From contig CAVVMW010000022.1 in the NCBI GenBank assembly GCA_963749495.1, forward strand, positions 256,001-320,000: a stretch of 64,000 bases of DNA, given 5' to 3'. The position numbers and the translations under genes are program-made. This document shows, piece after piece, positions 1-9,347 of this stretch (position 1 is the stretch's first letter; the number at the start of each line of letters is the position of its first letter). The stretch is from an uncultured bacterium. Its GTDB lineage: Bacteria; Verrucomicrobiota; Verrucomicrobiia; Limisphaerales; UBA8199. The notes under the pieces were generated by a model. That model saw only the letters and a program-made list of their open reading frames with translations. It was not told the DNA's origin and ran no database searches.

Positions 1-45
1 CTGTATCTGCGCCGCAAGACCGAGCCGGAGGAGGTCAAAAAGTGA
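1..45 (+). CDS. 3' end of an upstream gene (LYLRRKTEPEEVKK*), possibly a Y1/HUH transposase because it is followed by the ...GGTTTGACCCC motif
   Basis: Frame 1 is open from base 1 to TGA at 43-45; identity is inferred only from context. Confidence 0.3.
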   Translation: MYLRRKTEPEEVKK

Positions 46-105
46 AAAGTTATGGTTTGACCCCTCCTCTTCCAATGGGTTTTAGAGAAGCCCGGCCCCG
101 GAAGG

Positions 106-135
106 TTGACAGGGGCTCGCCCTGCATGACAGAAT
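106..135 (+). promoter_or_regulatory. Putative sigma70 promoter of the UPF0175/DUF3368 pair
   Basis: TTGACA at 106-111 and TG-n-CAGAAT at 127-135, just upstream of ATG 145. Confidence 0.5.
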
Positions 136-144
136 GGTAAAGCT

Positions 145-405
145 ATGAGCCAATTACTGCAAATCGAGGTGCCTGACGATGTGCTGCTGGGGCTGCAAAA
201 GGAGCCAAAGCAGTTGGCGGCGGAGATGCGTATTGCGGCGGCGGTGAAGTGGTATGAGGTGGGTGTCCTGAGTCAGGGCAAGGCCGCCGAAGTGGCCGGC
301 TTGAGCCGGGCGGCGTTCATCGGCGAACTCACCCGCTTCGGCGTCTCGCCGTTTCAGGAGACGGCGGCGGAAGTCCTGGAGTCCGTTACGCATCTCGGCA
401 AATGA
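145..405 (+). CDS. UPF0175 family protein (putative HTH antitoxin)
   Basis: 86 aa with AAVKWYEVGVLSQGKAAEVAGLSRAAF signature; ATGA overlap with the next gene. Confidence 0.85.
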   Translation: MSQLLQIEVPDDVLLGLQKEPKQLAAEMRIAAAVKWYEVGVLSQGKAAEVAGLSRAAFIGELTRFGVSPFQETAAEVLESVTHLGK

Positions 406-890
406 GCCCTGCGGTCAGCAACGCGTCACCGTTGATCGTGTTGGCCAAGGCCCATCTGCTGCGGCTGATGCCGCTCCTGTTCTCTGAGGTCATCGTGCCG
501 CAAGCCGTGAGGGAAGAGATCCTGCAAGGCCCCCCCGGCGACCCGATGCGCCAAGCCCTGCCACACTGCATTTGGTTACGGCCCGTGGTTCTGGATCCGC
601 CGCTCTCGCCGCTGTCAGCTTGGCAGTTGGGCCGCGGTGAAGCGGAGGTCATCGAATATGCGCGCCTCCATCCAGGGGGCGCGGCCCTTTTGGATGACCG
701 CGCGGCCCGGCGGGCGGCAGCGAGTCTAGGGCTGAAGGTGCATGGGAGCCTGAGCCTCGTGGCGATGGCGGCGGCGCAGGGGCGCGTCGGGTCATTTTCA
801 GAGGCGGCGAATCAACTCAAAGCAGCAGGCCTCTACGTCAGCGACGCTTTGGTGCAGGAGGCAGCAAAGCGCCTGACGGGCCGAAAATGA
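402..890 (+). CDS. DUF3368 / PIN-domain protein (putative toxin)
   Basis: VSNASPLI, VPQAVREE, LGRGEAEVI, LLDDRAARRAA motifs; translationally coupled to UPF0175. Confidence 0.85.
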   Translation: MSPAVSNASPLIVLAKAHLLRLMPLLFSEVIVPQAVREEILQGPPGDPMRQALPHCIWLRPVVLDPPLSPLSAWQLGRGEAEVIEYARLHPGGAALLDDRAARRAAASLGLKVHGSLSLVAMAAAQGRVGSFSEAANQLKAAGLYVSDALVQEAAKRLTGRK

Positions 891-899
891 ACTATTGCG

Positions 900-1119
900 C
901 CGTTGGCGGAATCGCCGCCGAGGGATTGGTTGAGGCGTTTTCGCCGCCCCGTGCGGCGTCAGGCGCTGCGACGCCCCCTTGGCCGAGCTGGGCAAGTCAA
1001 CTGGCGGTTTGGACCACGCCGTAGTGAGCAAAGCCCTCGCCCGCTTTGGCCGGCGCCTCGAAGCCGATCCCCGCCTGCGAGAAGAAATAGCCGCAATCCG
1101 GGACCGATTGTCCAAATGA
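900..1119 (+). pseudogene. C-terminal remnant (DnaA-C-like HTH) of a REP-associated/Y1 transposase
   Basis: 979-1119 translates LAELGKSTGGLDHAVVSKALARFGRRLEADPRLREEIAAIRDRLSK*, with no start; the stop overlaps the motif TTGTCCAAATGACAAGACACGACCCC. Confidence 0.6.
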
Positions 1120-1245
1120 CAAGACACGACCCCAATGGGTTTCAGCAAAGACAATATACGTCTTCATGCGGTCTTATTCCCACATTCATCGGCAAGAGTC
1201 AAAGTGTTTCCTGGCGCAAGCCCTGCCGGCAAACCGGATGATCTA

Positions 1246-1704
1246 TCACGGCCGGAGGTGAACATCAATATTCAGAGTGTCGGGTGGACCGCCGCCCACC
1301 GGCTGCTTGTAGCGGAGGGGGAAGAACATACGTTCCGGGATGGGCTCCCAGGACATGACGAGACGATACCAGGGGTGACACCCCGGGAGATCCGAGCGCA
1401 CATCCACACACAATTGTCTATGCCCAACCCCGGCAAGGCCGGGTTGGTAAAGGGGCAGGGTCAGCGGGGTTGTGCCAACGTAGCAGTCGCCCGGCGCGGT
1501 GGCCGACGAGCCGGGAGGCGGCGCGGGAGGTGCCACCAAGTAGGCTGAACCGACATCCACGCCCGAGAGCCAAACCTGTGCCCCAGGAGGGTCACTTACG
1601 ATTGCCGTCATTGGGCGATGATAGGGGGTTGCGCAGCCGGCTAAGCAGAGCAGCGCGGCGATCGGATGCGCGAGATGGAATCGTGTTGTGTTCTTGGGTT
1701 TCAT
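1246..1704 (-). CDS. Putative lipoprotein with a PEGA-like domain
   Basis: MKPKNTT...LLCLAGC lipobox; SDPPGAQVWLSG and YVGTTPL resemble PEGA. Confidence 0.6.
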   Translation of the reverse strand: MKPKNTTRFHLAHPIAALLCLAGCATPYHRPMTAIVSDPPGAQVWLSGVDVGSAYLVAPPAPPPGSSATAPGDCYVGTTPLTLPLYQPGLAGVGHRQLCVDVRSDLPGCHPWYRLVMSWEPIPERMFFPLRYKQPVGGGPPDTLNIDVHLRP

Positions 1705-1826
1705 GGGGCTGAGGTTACTCCGCCGAAAGCCGAGTTGGCAAGGCGTTTGTGGCGGCCAAGGCGAATGGGCCAATCTTGCGGTGGTTAAGGCTTGACTCAT
1801 CAACAGAGTTTTAGGACATTACCGGC

Positions 1827-2257
1827 ATGCCCTACGCATTTAACGGCATCGGAACCACGTTCTACGGGAAGCGCGACTTCCACGCGGACGGTTCGTTCCT
1901 GACTACCGAATGGGTGTGTCTCCTCTATCTGCCGATCTTCCCCCTCCAAAGCCTTCGCGTCCGTTATCTGGGCCGGCGCCCCGCCGTTTCCCCATTGGCC
2001 GTGGATGGTCGGAGGGTTATGCCGTTGACCAGAAGGGCGCCCCGAACCGGAAGCAAGTCCTGTGCGTTTACGGGTTCGCGTTGTTTTCCATCGGGTGCGT
2101 ATTTTCAGCCATGGCTGTGGCTGTCAACATCTCGAACCCCAACATAGCGTTTCCCATCATGTTTGTTGGCTGGTTGCTCCCGGTTCTCACCCCTTGGCTT
2201 CTCAGGCACCGCGCCAGGCCAATGGTTTGGGGTTCACGAACCCGCACGCGCGAATAG
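1827..2257 (+). CDS. Hypothetical membrane protein, frameshifted near 1975
   Basis: MPYAFNGIGTTFYGKRDF...EWVCLLYLPIFPL continues in another frame into two TM helices; TTGACT promoter-like element at ~1792. Confidence 0.6.
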
Positions 2258-2509
2258 CCTTGACGGATCAACAGACTCTTGGCACATTACAGCATGGGCG
2301 GTAATGTCCTACCTCACTGTTGCTGACGGCAAGGAAAATCTTGCCCGGCGTGCCAAACTGCAAAACGCAGAGGCGGGCAGTGTGCCCTCGTCCCGGCAAT
2401 CGGGGCTATGGGGTCTGAGGCACGGGACGCCTCCGACGCCCCATGTCGGAACACCAACCCACTTCACAGGATAATCCCTCGTCGGTTCAACTCATCCGAA
2501 AGATTACCT

Positions 2510-2869
2510 TTACTGAGAGCTTCGCGTCAGACGGGACGCGCACGCTTGAAGATATTTCAGAAGTTTTTCTGACTCCAGAGGGCCATCGGGTATCAAGTGC
2601 ATGTGCAGTTCAGGTTGCCCGGGGCGCACTTCGTCCGGGCAGGGATCGCGAAAAACATTCAGGGGAAGCTGGCCGCCAGTACCCATGTCCGGGAGTAATA
2701 ACCGACATCTTTGAGAGGTGGCCACCTCGGGAACAGGGGGCGCTGCCCTAATTCCAGGCTTGGGGTTGTTGAGATTGCAGGCGATCTCGATATGCTCAAG
2801 TTGAGTGTGCTTATCGCCCCAGATGAAGTGAACTTCGCTTCCCAAGGTTACTTTAATTTGGTCAGTCAT
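2510..2869 (-). CDS. Hypothetical protein
   Basis: 119 aa ORF with globular-looking composition in a lower-GC segment; no family recognised. Confidence 0.5.
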   Translation of the reverse strand: MTDQIKVTLGSEVHFIWGDKHTQLEHIEIACNLNNPKPGIRAAPPVPEVATSQRCRLLLPDMGTGGQLPLNVFRDPCPDEVRPGQPELHMHLIPDGPLESEKLLKYLQACASRLTRSSQ

Positions 2870-3077
2870 GGGTTTACTTTTATGTTAAACGCAAATATCC
2901 CCAAACAGGCCCCAAAGGGCAACGAAAATCGAAAACCCCCGCCGGCGCGGAACCGGCATCAAGCGGCCACCGTGCGGTCCTTCTATTGTGCCGCCTGGGA
3001 AGAAAACGGAACCCATTACTACGCCGATCCGGTCACGGGCGAAAAAAGATCCGTCGATCCAAATAGGCGAATGAGGC

Positions 3078-3542
3078 CTACTCTCGGGCGAAGCAACGGA
3101 AGTCCGCAATCTTCGGATCAGAATGCCGCTCTATGCGATTCACAACAGGTTGCCCTAGAAACAAAGTTATCGAGTGCATCCCCCGGCCTTGCGGTCGAAC
3201 TATCTCAATCTGAATCGCTAGCTTTGATTCGTCTCGGGAATGGCGCCAAATAGAGAACTTCCCTACCCCGCAAATCAAAACACGCTTTCCGCTCTCTTGC
3301 ACGATTGTCAATCGGAACTCGACCCATTTGTCGTGCAGATCTTGGTACTTCCATTTGGATACCGTCCACTGCGGGCGGGCCGCATCGTGCAAAGCCTTTT
3401 TGATAACCTCGCTTGGGGTTTGGCCGGAGTCCATGAGGGCTTGATCGATTCTCCTGGCATCCTCGCGCGACACCCGAGCACCGTATAAAACAGCCTGGGC
3501 TTTGTCTTTTGGGATTCTTGGTCTGCCGACTTTTGCGTTCAT
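3078..3542 (-). CDS. Putative DNA-binding protein with N-terminal GRP + ribbon-helix-helix-like region
   Basis: MNAKVGRPRIPKDKAQAVLYGARVSREDARRIDQAL...PSEVIKKAL; AT-rich palindromic region directly upstream. Confidence 0.55.
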   Translation of the reverse strand: MNAKVGRPRIPKDKAQAVLYGARVSREDARRIDQALMDSGQTPSEVIKKALHDAARPQWTVSKWKYQDLHDKWVEFRLTIVQESGKRVLICGVGKFSIWRHSRDESKLAIQIEIVRPQGRGMHSITLFLGQPVVNRIERHSDPKIADFRCFARE

Positions 3543-3546
3543 AATA

Positions 3547-3604
3547 TTTATCTAACAAATATGTTGACATCGATTTTAATTTGTGTTAGATAAAAAGTCA
3601 ACAT
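3547..3604. promoter_or_regulatory. AT-rich divergent promoter/operator with two interleaved inverted repeats
   Basis: TTTATCTAACA 3547-3557 / TGTTAGATAAA 3584-3594; ATGTTGAC 3561-3568 / GTCAACAT 3597-3604; contains TTGACA. Confidence 0.65.
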
Positions 3605-3742
3605 GAAAAACAAAGCTCCGCAACGCGCCAACGTCGCGGAGCGCAACCAAAGGCCGAAGCCCTTGGCGGTGTCTCTGGATGGGGTCAGACCGTAGAAAAG
3701 CCCCTCTTTAGGCTTGACCCGATTCGGAATCGGGAATCCTGT

Positions 3743-3994
3743 AAGGCATCGGGGTCAGATCTTGTCATTTGGACAAATAGGGATAGACGGGATTGGCGGA
3801 AGAGCCCCTCCTGGTGAGTTTGGAGGCCTCGTTGGGGGAGCAGAAAAGCTGCGCATAGTCCGAACTGTCCGCGCTGTCCTTGGACGGAAGGGCTCCAAGC
3901 GGCGCAAAGTGCCCTCCATGAGAAACTCTCGTGAGAAGCCGTTGCTAACTCCGCCATGGAGCTGCTCTTGCCGCCGCCTGTGACCTCCAATCAA
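3743..3994. repeat. ~250 bp direct repeat, copy 1
   Basis: Near-identical to 4868-5120; begins AAGGCATCGGGGTCAGATCTTGTCATTTGGACAAATAGGGA. Confidence 0.95.
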
Positions 3995-4044
3995 GAGAAG
4001 GTCTCATGGGAGCAGGGGCTGGCGTTCCGAATCGTCTTCCACAG

Positions 4045-4118
4045 GGAAGGAACAACTCCTCGGCGGCCCTCGGATCACCCGACTGCACGCGATTCAGGAT
4101 GCGCGTGACGTCACTCAT
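4045..4118 (-). pseudogene. N-terminal fragment of an ECF sigma factor (TIGR02999-like)
   Basis: MSDVTRILNRVQSGDPRAAEEL, after which similarity stops shortly before repeat copy 1. Confidence 0.7.
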
Positions 4119-4319
4119 GCGCGCAAGCGTGCAGGAACACGGCACGAGTGGCAAGGTTGAAAGCCCGCTACGCCCGGTTGCAGGAATCCGGAGAGCTGGT
4201 CCGCACCGCCATAAGTGCCGCCGAAGGCGAGGCGGCGCGTGCAACAGTTTCCGCTACCCGCATCGCAACAAGCTAATCGTGCGACGCCCCCGAAATCCCT
4301 CGCTAGCGGCAGAATGGAC

Positions 4320-4541
4320 TCACTCCAGAAATTCTTCCGCCGTCAACCCGGTTTGCGCGATGATGGCCCGCAGGGTCCCGCGCGGGATGTCGCCGGGATG
4401 ACATGCAACCATCGTGACCCTGCCGGTTCGGCGGTTGATCCAGAACTCGTGACTGCCCTTGCCGGGCCGGACATACTCAAACCCGCGACGGCGCAAGCAA
4501 GCCACCACGTCCCGGTACTTGAGCGCGGGAAGACGACTCAT
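4320..4541 (-). CDS. hicA: Type II TA toxin, HicA family
   Basis: 73 aa; GKGSHEFW and HPGDIPRGTLRAII motifs. Confidence 0.9.
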   Translation of the reverse strand: MSRLPALKYRDVVACLRRRGFEYVRPGKGSHEFWINRRTGRVTMVACHPGDIPRGTLRAIIAQTGLTAEEFLE

Positions 4542-4798
4542 GCGGGGAGTGTGACCGGCAACGGCAGGGTCAGGGTCTTGGCCTTGCGTTTGACAACACG
4601 GCGCAAGGCGGGCGGCAACGGCAGTTTCTCGGAGAGATAAACCTCCATCAGGATGCGCGCATTGGCTTGGGCCAGTTCCATGGTTTCGGTCCGCGTGCGG
4701 CCTTGCACCACGAGGCCGGGCAGGTCGGGGCTGGTCGCCAAGAAGCCGCCCTCCGCCAAAGGCTCCATCTTCACACTCAACACGATTTCGGTTTCCAT
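4538..4798 (-). CDS. hicB: Type II TA antitoxin, HicB family
   Basis: EGGFLATSPDLPGLVVQGRTRTE motif; 4-bp overlap with hicA (hicB-hicA order). Confidence 0.9.
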   Translation of the reverse strand: METEIVLSVKMEPLAEGGFLATSPDLPGLVVQGRTRTETMELAQANARILMEVYLSEKLPLPPALRRVVKRKAKTLTLPLPVTLPA

Positions 4799-4867
4799 GC
4801 TGCGACCTTAATGCAGGCTCTCGGAGTATTCAATCACCTTTCCAGTGGCTCCCGATAGGTCATAGAA

Positions 4868-5120
4868 AAGGCATCGGGGTCAGATCTTGTCATTTGGACA
4901 AATAGGGATTGACGGGATTGGCGGCAGAGCCCCCTCGTGGTGATTTTGGACGCCTCGTTGGGGGAGCAGAAAAGCTGCGCATAGTCCGAACTGTCCGCGC
5001 TGTCCTTGGACGGAAGGGCTCCAAGCGGCGCAAAGTGCCCTCCATGAGAAACTCTCGTGAGAAGCTGTTGCTAACTCCGGCATGGATCTGCTCTTGCCGC
5101 CGCCTGTGAGCTCCAATCAA
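4868..5120. repeat. ~250 bp direct repeat, copy 2
   Basis: Near-identical to 3743-3994 with scattered substitutions and one indel. Confidence 0.95.
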
Positions 5121-5156
5121 AAGCGCCCGTTGCCACACGCCTGCCGCACCGCCCAA

Positions 5157-5320
5157 TGAGCCGCCACGGTAAAATCGCCCATCTCCCCCGCGTCATTCGC
5201 CGAAGGTTCAAGCTGCTCGGGCGCCGAGGAGGGCGGGTTACAGACCACGAACAGTGCGCCAGGCGCCACCGACTCAGGACTGCCCACCAGATCCCCCGAT
5301 TAAAGCCAGTTAAAGCCAAT
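5157..5320 (+). pseudogene. Possible remnant of a DUF3486/phage gp27-like small protein
   Basis: Starts MSRHGKIAHLPRVIR (GKIARLP-type N-terminus), then degenerates. Confidence 0.35.
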
Positions 5321-5371
5321 GAAACCATTTGCGGTGAAAAAAAGACACCGTGACCGCCGGATGAAGGGCCT

Positions 5372-5568
5372 CGGGGCGATTGACAAAGTCGTAGCGCAGG
5401 TTTCCAAACCTGCTGTATCGCCGACTTCCAGTCGGCAGGGCCTCGGCATATCGAGCGCGCCCTGTTTGAGGAAGGCCTGCGGGTTTGGAAACCCGCGATA
5501 CGGCAGGTTTGGAAACCTGCGCTACGGCGGCGGCTCAGGCGCCCCGAGCGACTTTGTCCATGGCCCTG
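5372..5568. mobile_element. 197-bp MITE with 19-bp imperfect TIRs and a 10-bp target-site duplication, carrying a REP-like palindrome
   Basis: TIRs CGGGGCGATTGACAAAGTC (5372-5390) / GACTTTGTCCATGGCCCTG (5550-5568); TGAAGGGCCT at 5362-5371 and 5569-5578; internal GTAGCGCAGGTTTCCAAACCTGC...GCAGGTTTGGAAACCTGCGCTAC (5391-5525). Confidence 0.8.
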
Positions 5569-5633
5569 TGAAGGGCCTGAATCCTCCCCGCATTCTCGTT
5601 GCTCGAGGATGGGCCTTTTGGCACGCTCGGTTC

Positions 5634-8600
5634 ATGACACGCAATTCGCTCCTCCTGTGCCTCACCCTGGCGGCCCCGGTGTGGAGCCATGCCGGCGGCC
5701 TCCAACTGGTCCTGCCCCTCGGGCGGACCGCCTATCAAGACAACGAATGGATCCCCATCACCGTCGTGGGCCGGAGCACGGCGCCCGGTGCCGCAGGCGA
5801 ACTGGCGTTGACGCTCGCCGGGGCGGACGGCAGCCGGCTGCTCTTCGCTTTCCCGGGGCGGCCTGCGGGCGCGGCTGCGTCTGGCGCGGTCGAGCATCTG
5901 CGTGTCAATGGCGCTCTGCTCCGGCCCGGGGCCTACGCAATCGAGCTGGCCTGCGGCGCCGACAGCGCCCGGACCAACATCACCCTCTGGAGCCACCTGC
6001 GGCGCACCGACTTCAAGCTCATCAACTGGCGCCAGGCCCAGGCCAAGGACCAGCTCGCACAGGGCGAAGACAGCCTCGGGTTCAATCTCTGTTACGCCAA
6101 CTATGGCGGGCAGAGCAGCCAGGACTTCATCCGGGCGGGTGTGGATTGCACGGCATGTTGCGTGATGAGCGGTGGCCACCAGATGGACCTGAGACAGGAA
6201 TGCGATTGGTCCGATCCCTATGTCATCCGGGGCGGCACGCGGCGGGTGGTGAAGCGGGCCTTCATGGACCGGACCTGGCCTAACGTCCTGGGCGTCCATT
6301 TCTATGATGAGCCGGGGCTGACTTGGAGCCAAGACCCGCAGACGGGCGTTTCGACGCCGCACGCCGTGCCGTGGCAATTGCGCCAATACGAGGCCGCCTT
6401 CGGCCGGCCGATGCTGGACTGGAAGAGCGTGGACGCAGCCGATCCCGAGCAAGCCGCCCGGTGGGGAGAGTGGGCGCGCTGGAAGCTCGGGTTTTTGGAC
6501 GCCGCCTGGCAGGACGCGCAATTCGGTGTCAGGGCAGTCGAGCCGGGATACGTCTCTCTGACGCAGAGCCAGTACGGCTATAGCGCCTTCAGCGACGGCT
6601 ATTATTTCAACGTCGCGCGCAGCTTGCCCATCACCAGCGGCCATGGCGGCTACCACGACTTCGGCCCTGGCTATTTCAATCCCGTGCTCTTCCTCGAATT
6701 GGCCCGCGCCCGCGATTACGCCAAGCCGGACTGGTACTTGCCCACCTGGTACGGCAACACCACCGCCGACCAGTTTCGACTCGAACAATACCTCTGCTTC
6801 CAGTGCGGCTCCAGGGCCTGATCTCGCCGCCCGACATCGACCCCGGCAGCACGCCCGAGCAATCCACCGCCGCCCAGGGCGTGGTCGAATCCAATCACCT
6901 GCTCCAGCGGCTGGGGCCGATCTTCAACACCATGCCCCTGACGCGTCCGCCCGTGGCGTTGCTCTTCTCCCTTTCCCAGTTCCTCCACGCGCAGACCCTC
7001 GACCGGAAGGTGTGCTACGCCCACGAAACCCCTCACGGGCGCAATGTTTCGTTGGTCTATCTGGCCGGAAAGCTCCGCCAATACCAGTTCCTGCCGGTCC
7101 TCGACGAGGACGTCCGCGACGGCACGCTCGCCGCCCATCACAAGGCCCTCATCCTCACCTCGATCGACCACCTGGACGGCGAGGTCATTGCCGGGGTCGA
7201 GCAATTCGCGCGCCTGGGCGGCCTGGTCCTCATGACGGCCGACACGACGGTGCCAATCCAGGGCGCTGTCAAGCTCGATGCCGCCCCCGCGTGGCCCGAC
7301 GCCGAGCGAATCGCCGCGCTCCAGAAGAGCGGCCAGGGCGATGCGGCCAACCAGCTCATGCGGATGCGCCAGGCGCTGGAGGGGGCGCGGCGGCTGGCCG
7401 ACGCTATCAGCCCGCGCCTCGAGCAGGCCGGCATCTACCCGCCGCTCACCAGCACCGAGCCGGGTATCGTGGTCACCCGCCATGCGGCGGGGGATGTCGA
7501 GTACCTCTTTGCCGTCAACGCCACGCACGATCCGAGTGGCGACCCGATGCTCGGCTTGAAGGCAGCCCGGACCACGCTCGGATTGCCCAAGGACGCCCGG
7601 CCCGTCTATGACGCCGTCGGCGGCTGCCGCGCGGCTGCATTCGTCGAGCAGGGCGCATGGCTTCGAGCCGAGCTGGCGTTCGGTCCGGGGCAGATGCGGG
7701 TCTTTGCGCGCACTGCGCGCTCCATCGGCAGCGTGGCCGTGGGCAGCCCCACTCTGCGCCGGGACTATACCCTGGCCCAAGCCCCGCTGCGGGTTGAATT
7801 CAGCGCCGCGGTCCTGGACGACAAAGCCGGCATCCTCAGCGGCTCCATCCCGCTGGAGATCGTCCTCACCGATCCCCTCGGCGCAACGCGCTACGACCTC
7901 TATCGCGCCACCCAGGGTGGCGTGCTAACCCTGGGCCTGCCGCTCGGACTCAATGACCCGCCCGGCGCCTGGACAATCACGGTGACTGATTTGCTGAGCA
8001 GCCGCAGCGGCTCAACCGGCTTCGAGTTGCCCGCAACCCCGGCCTGCTCCGGCGCTGCCGGGTTGGTGCGGCGGGCAGTCCATTGGCCGGCCGACCGCGA
8101 CCGTATCTTCCGCTTCTTCCGCGAGCACAACCAGGTCACCCTCGTCAAAGGCCGGAGCGACTTCAACACTCCCGCCGCCGAGCGCCTCGGCAAACTCCTC
8201 GAACCCTGGAACATCGTTTGCTCGGTCGTCTCCGAGGCGCAGGCCAACCAACCGCGTGCCCTGACCGAGGACGAGGCCCGCACGTGGATCGGCCTGGACT
8301 TTGCCGGGCGCGACGCCATCCAGCCCGGCAGTTCCAATGCCCCCGTGCAAGCCGGCTATGCGCTGCGTGGTCCGGTCATCCTCCTGGGCACGCCCGCCGA
8401 CAATGCGCTCATCCGTTTCGTGGCCGAGCAGCAGTTCCTCCCATTTGCGCCGGACGCCGCCGCCATGCCCGGTCCGGGCCGTGGTTATGTCGCCTGGCAG
8501 CGGGAGGCCATCGGAGTGAACCAGGAGAGCATCGCCTTGATTGCCTTCGACGCCGCCGGCATGGATGAAGCCGTGGGCACGCTCGATGAGTTCCTCGCCG

Positions 8601-9121
8601 GTCTCGAGCCGCTCACGCCCCTTGCCATGCCCCGCTCCAGCGCCATCACTCCCGCCGCCAAAGCCAATCAGCCCCCTCGCCTGGGCATCGCCTGGACTGC
8701 CGCTTTGCCCGATCGCATCACCGGCCTCAAAGCCGCCAGCAGCCGATTCACTGTCCTCACTCACGCCCAGACGGTCAGTGAAGTCAGCGCCGACGGCAAC
8801 ATCCTCGCGACCCGCCAGGTCGCCCCGGAGGAATACACAAACCTCGTTGCGCAACTCCGCCCCGCACCGGAGCCCGCGGCCCTCGCCACCGCCCGGAGCG
8901 CGTTGCCGCCCGGCCGACTCGTGAAACTGGCCGCCGCAGACCGCGACCGGCTCGCCGTGGCTTACTGGGGCGGCACTGTGAGCGTCCTGGACAAGACCGG
9001 CGTTGCCCACGCCTGCCGCCTCCTCCCCCAGGACGTGACCGCCCTGGCTTGGGCCAACGGCCAACTCCTGGCCGGCGATGCCGATGGCAAGCTGCTGGCG
9101 CTCACGATCGACCAGCGGTAA
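5634..9121 (+). CDS. Large secreted protein, probable glycoside hydrolase (TIM barrel plus beta-galactosidase trimerisation-like domain); frameshift near 6805
   Basis: Signal peptide MTRNSLLLCLTLAAPVWSHA; GVHFYDEPGL; PVALLFSLSQ; two consecutive ORFs with matching codon usage. Confidence 0.6.
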
Positions 9122-9180
9122 ATGGCGGCTGGGCGCATCTGGCCGGTAGCACTACCTGAGAGAAAGGCGCGGGTCACTAG

Positions 9181-9347
9181 CGCAACAGCCCGAAGGGCTT
9201 GTTATCATTCAGCCCAGGGTTGAACGCGCTACCCTGGGTGTCAGGCCACCAAATGCGGAAACCCTGAAAGGGTTTCATCAGCGATGCAACCCTTTCAGGG
9301 TAGTTGCTCAGAGGGCGCGTGACCCAGGGTAGCGCGTTCCGCGCAAC
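9181..9347. repeat. Left part of a REP/REPIN element interrupted by the IS91-like element
   Basis: AGCCCAGGGTTG...CTACCCTGGG; 9282-9347 aligns closely with 20220-20287. Confidence 0.85.

Noticed and set aside
3751..3790. GGGGTC motif as a Tn3-family 38-bp inverted repeat
   Set aside because: Similarity is limited to the first bases; there is no Tn3-type inner motif, no Tn3 transposase or resolvase, and no 5-bp duplication was seen.
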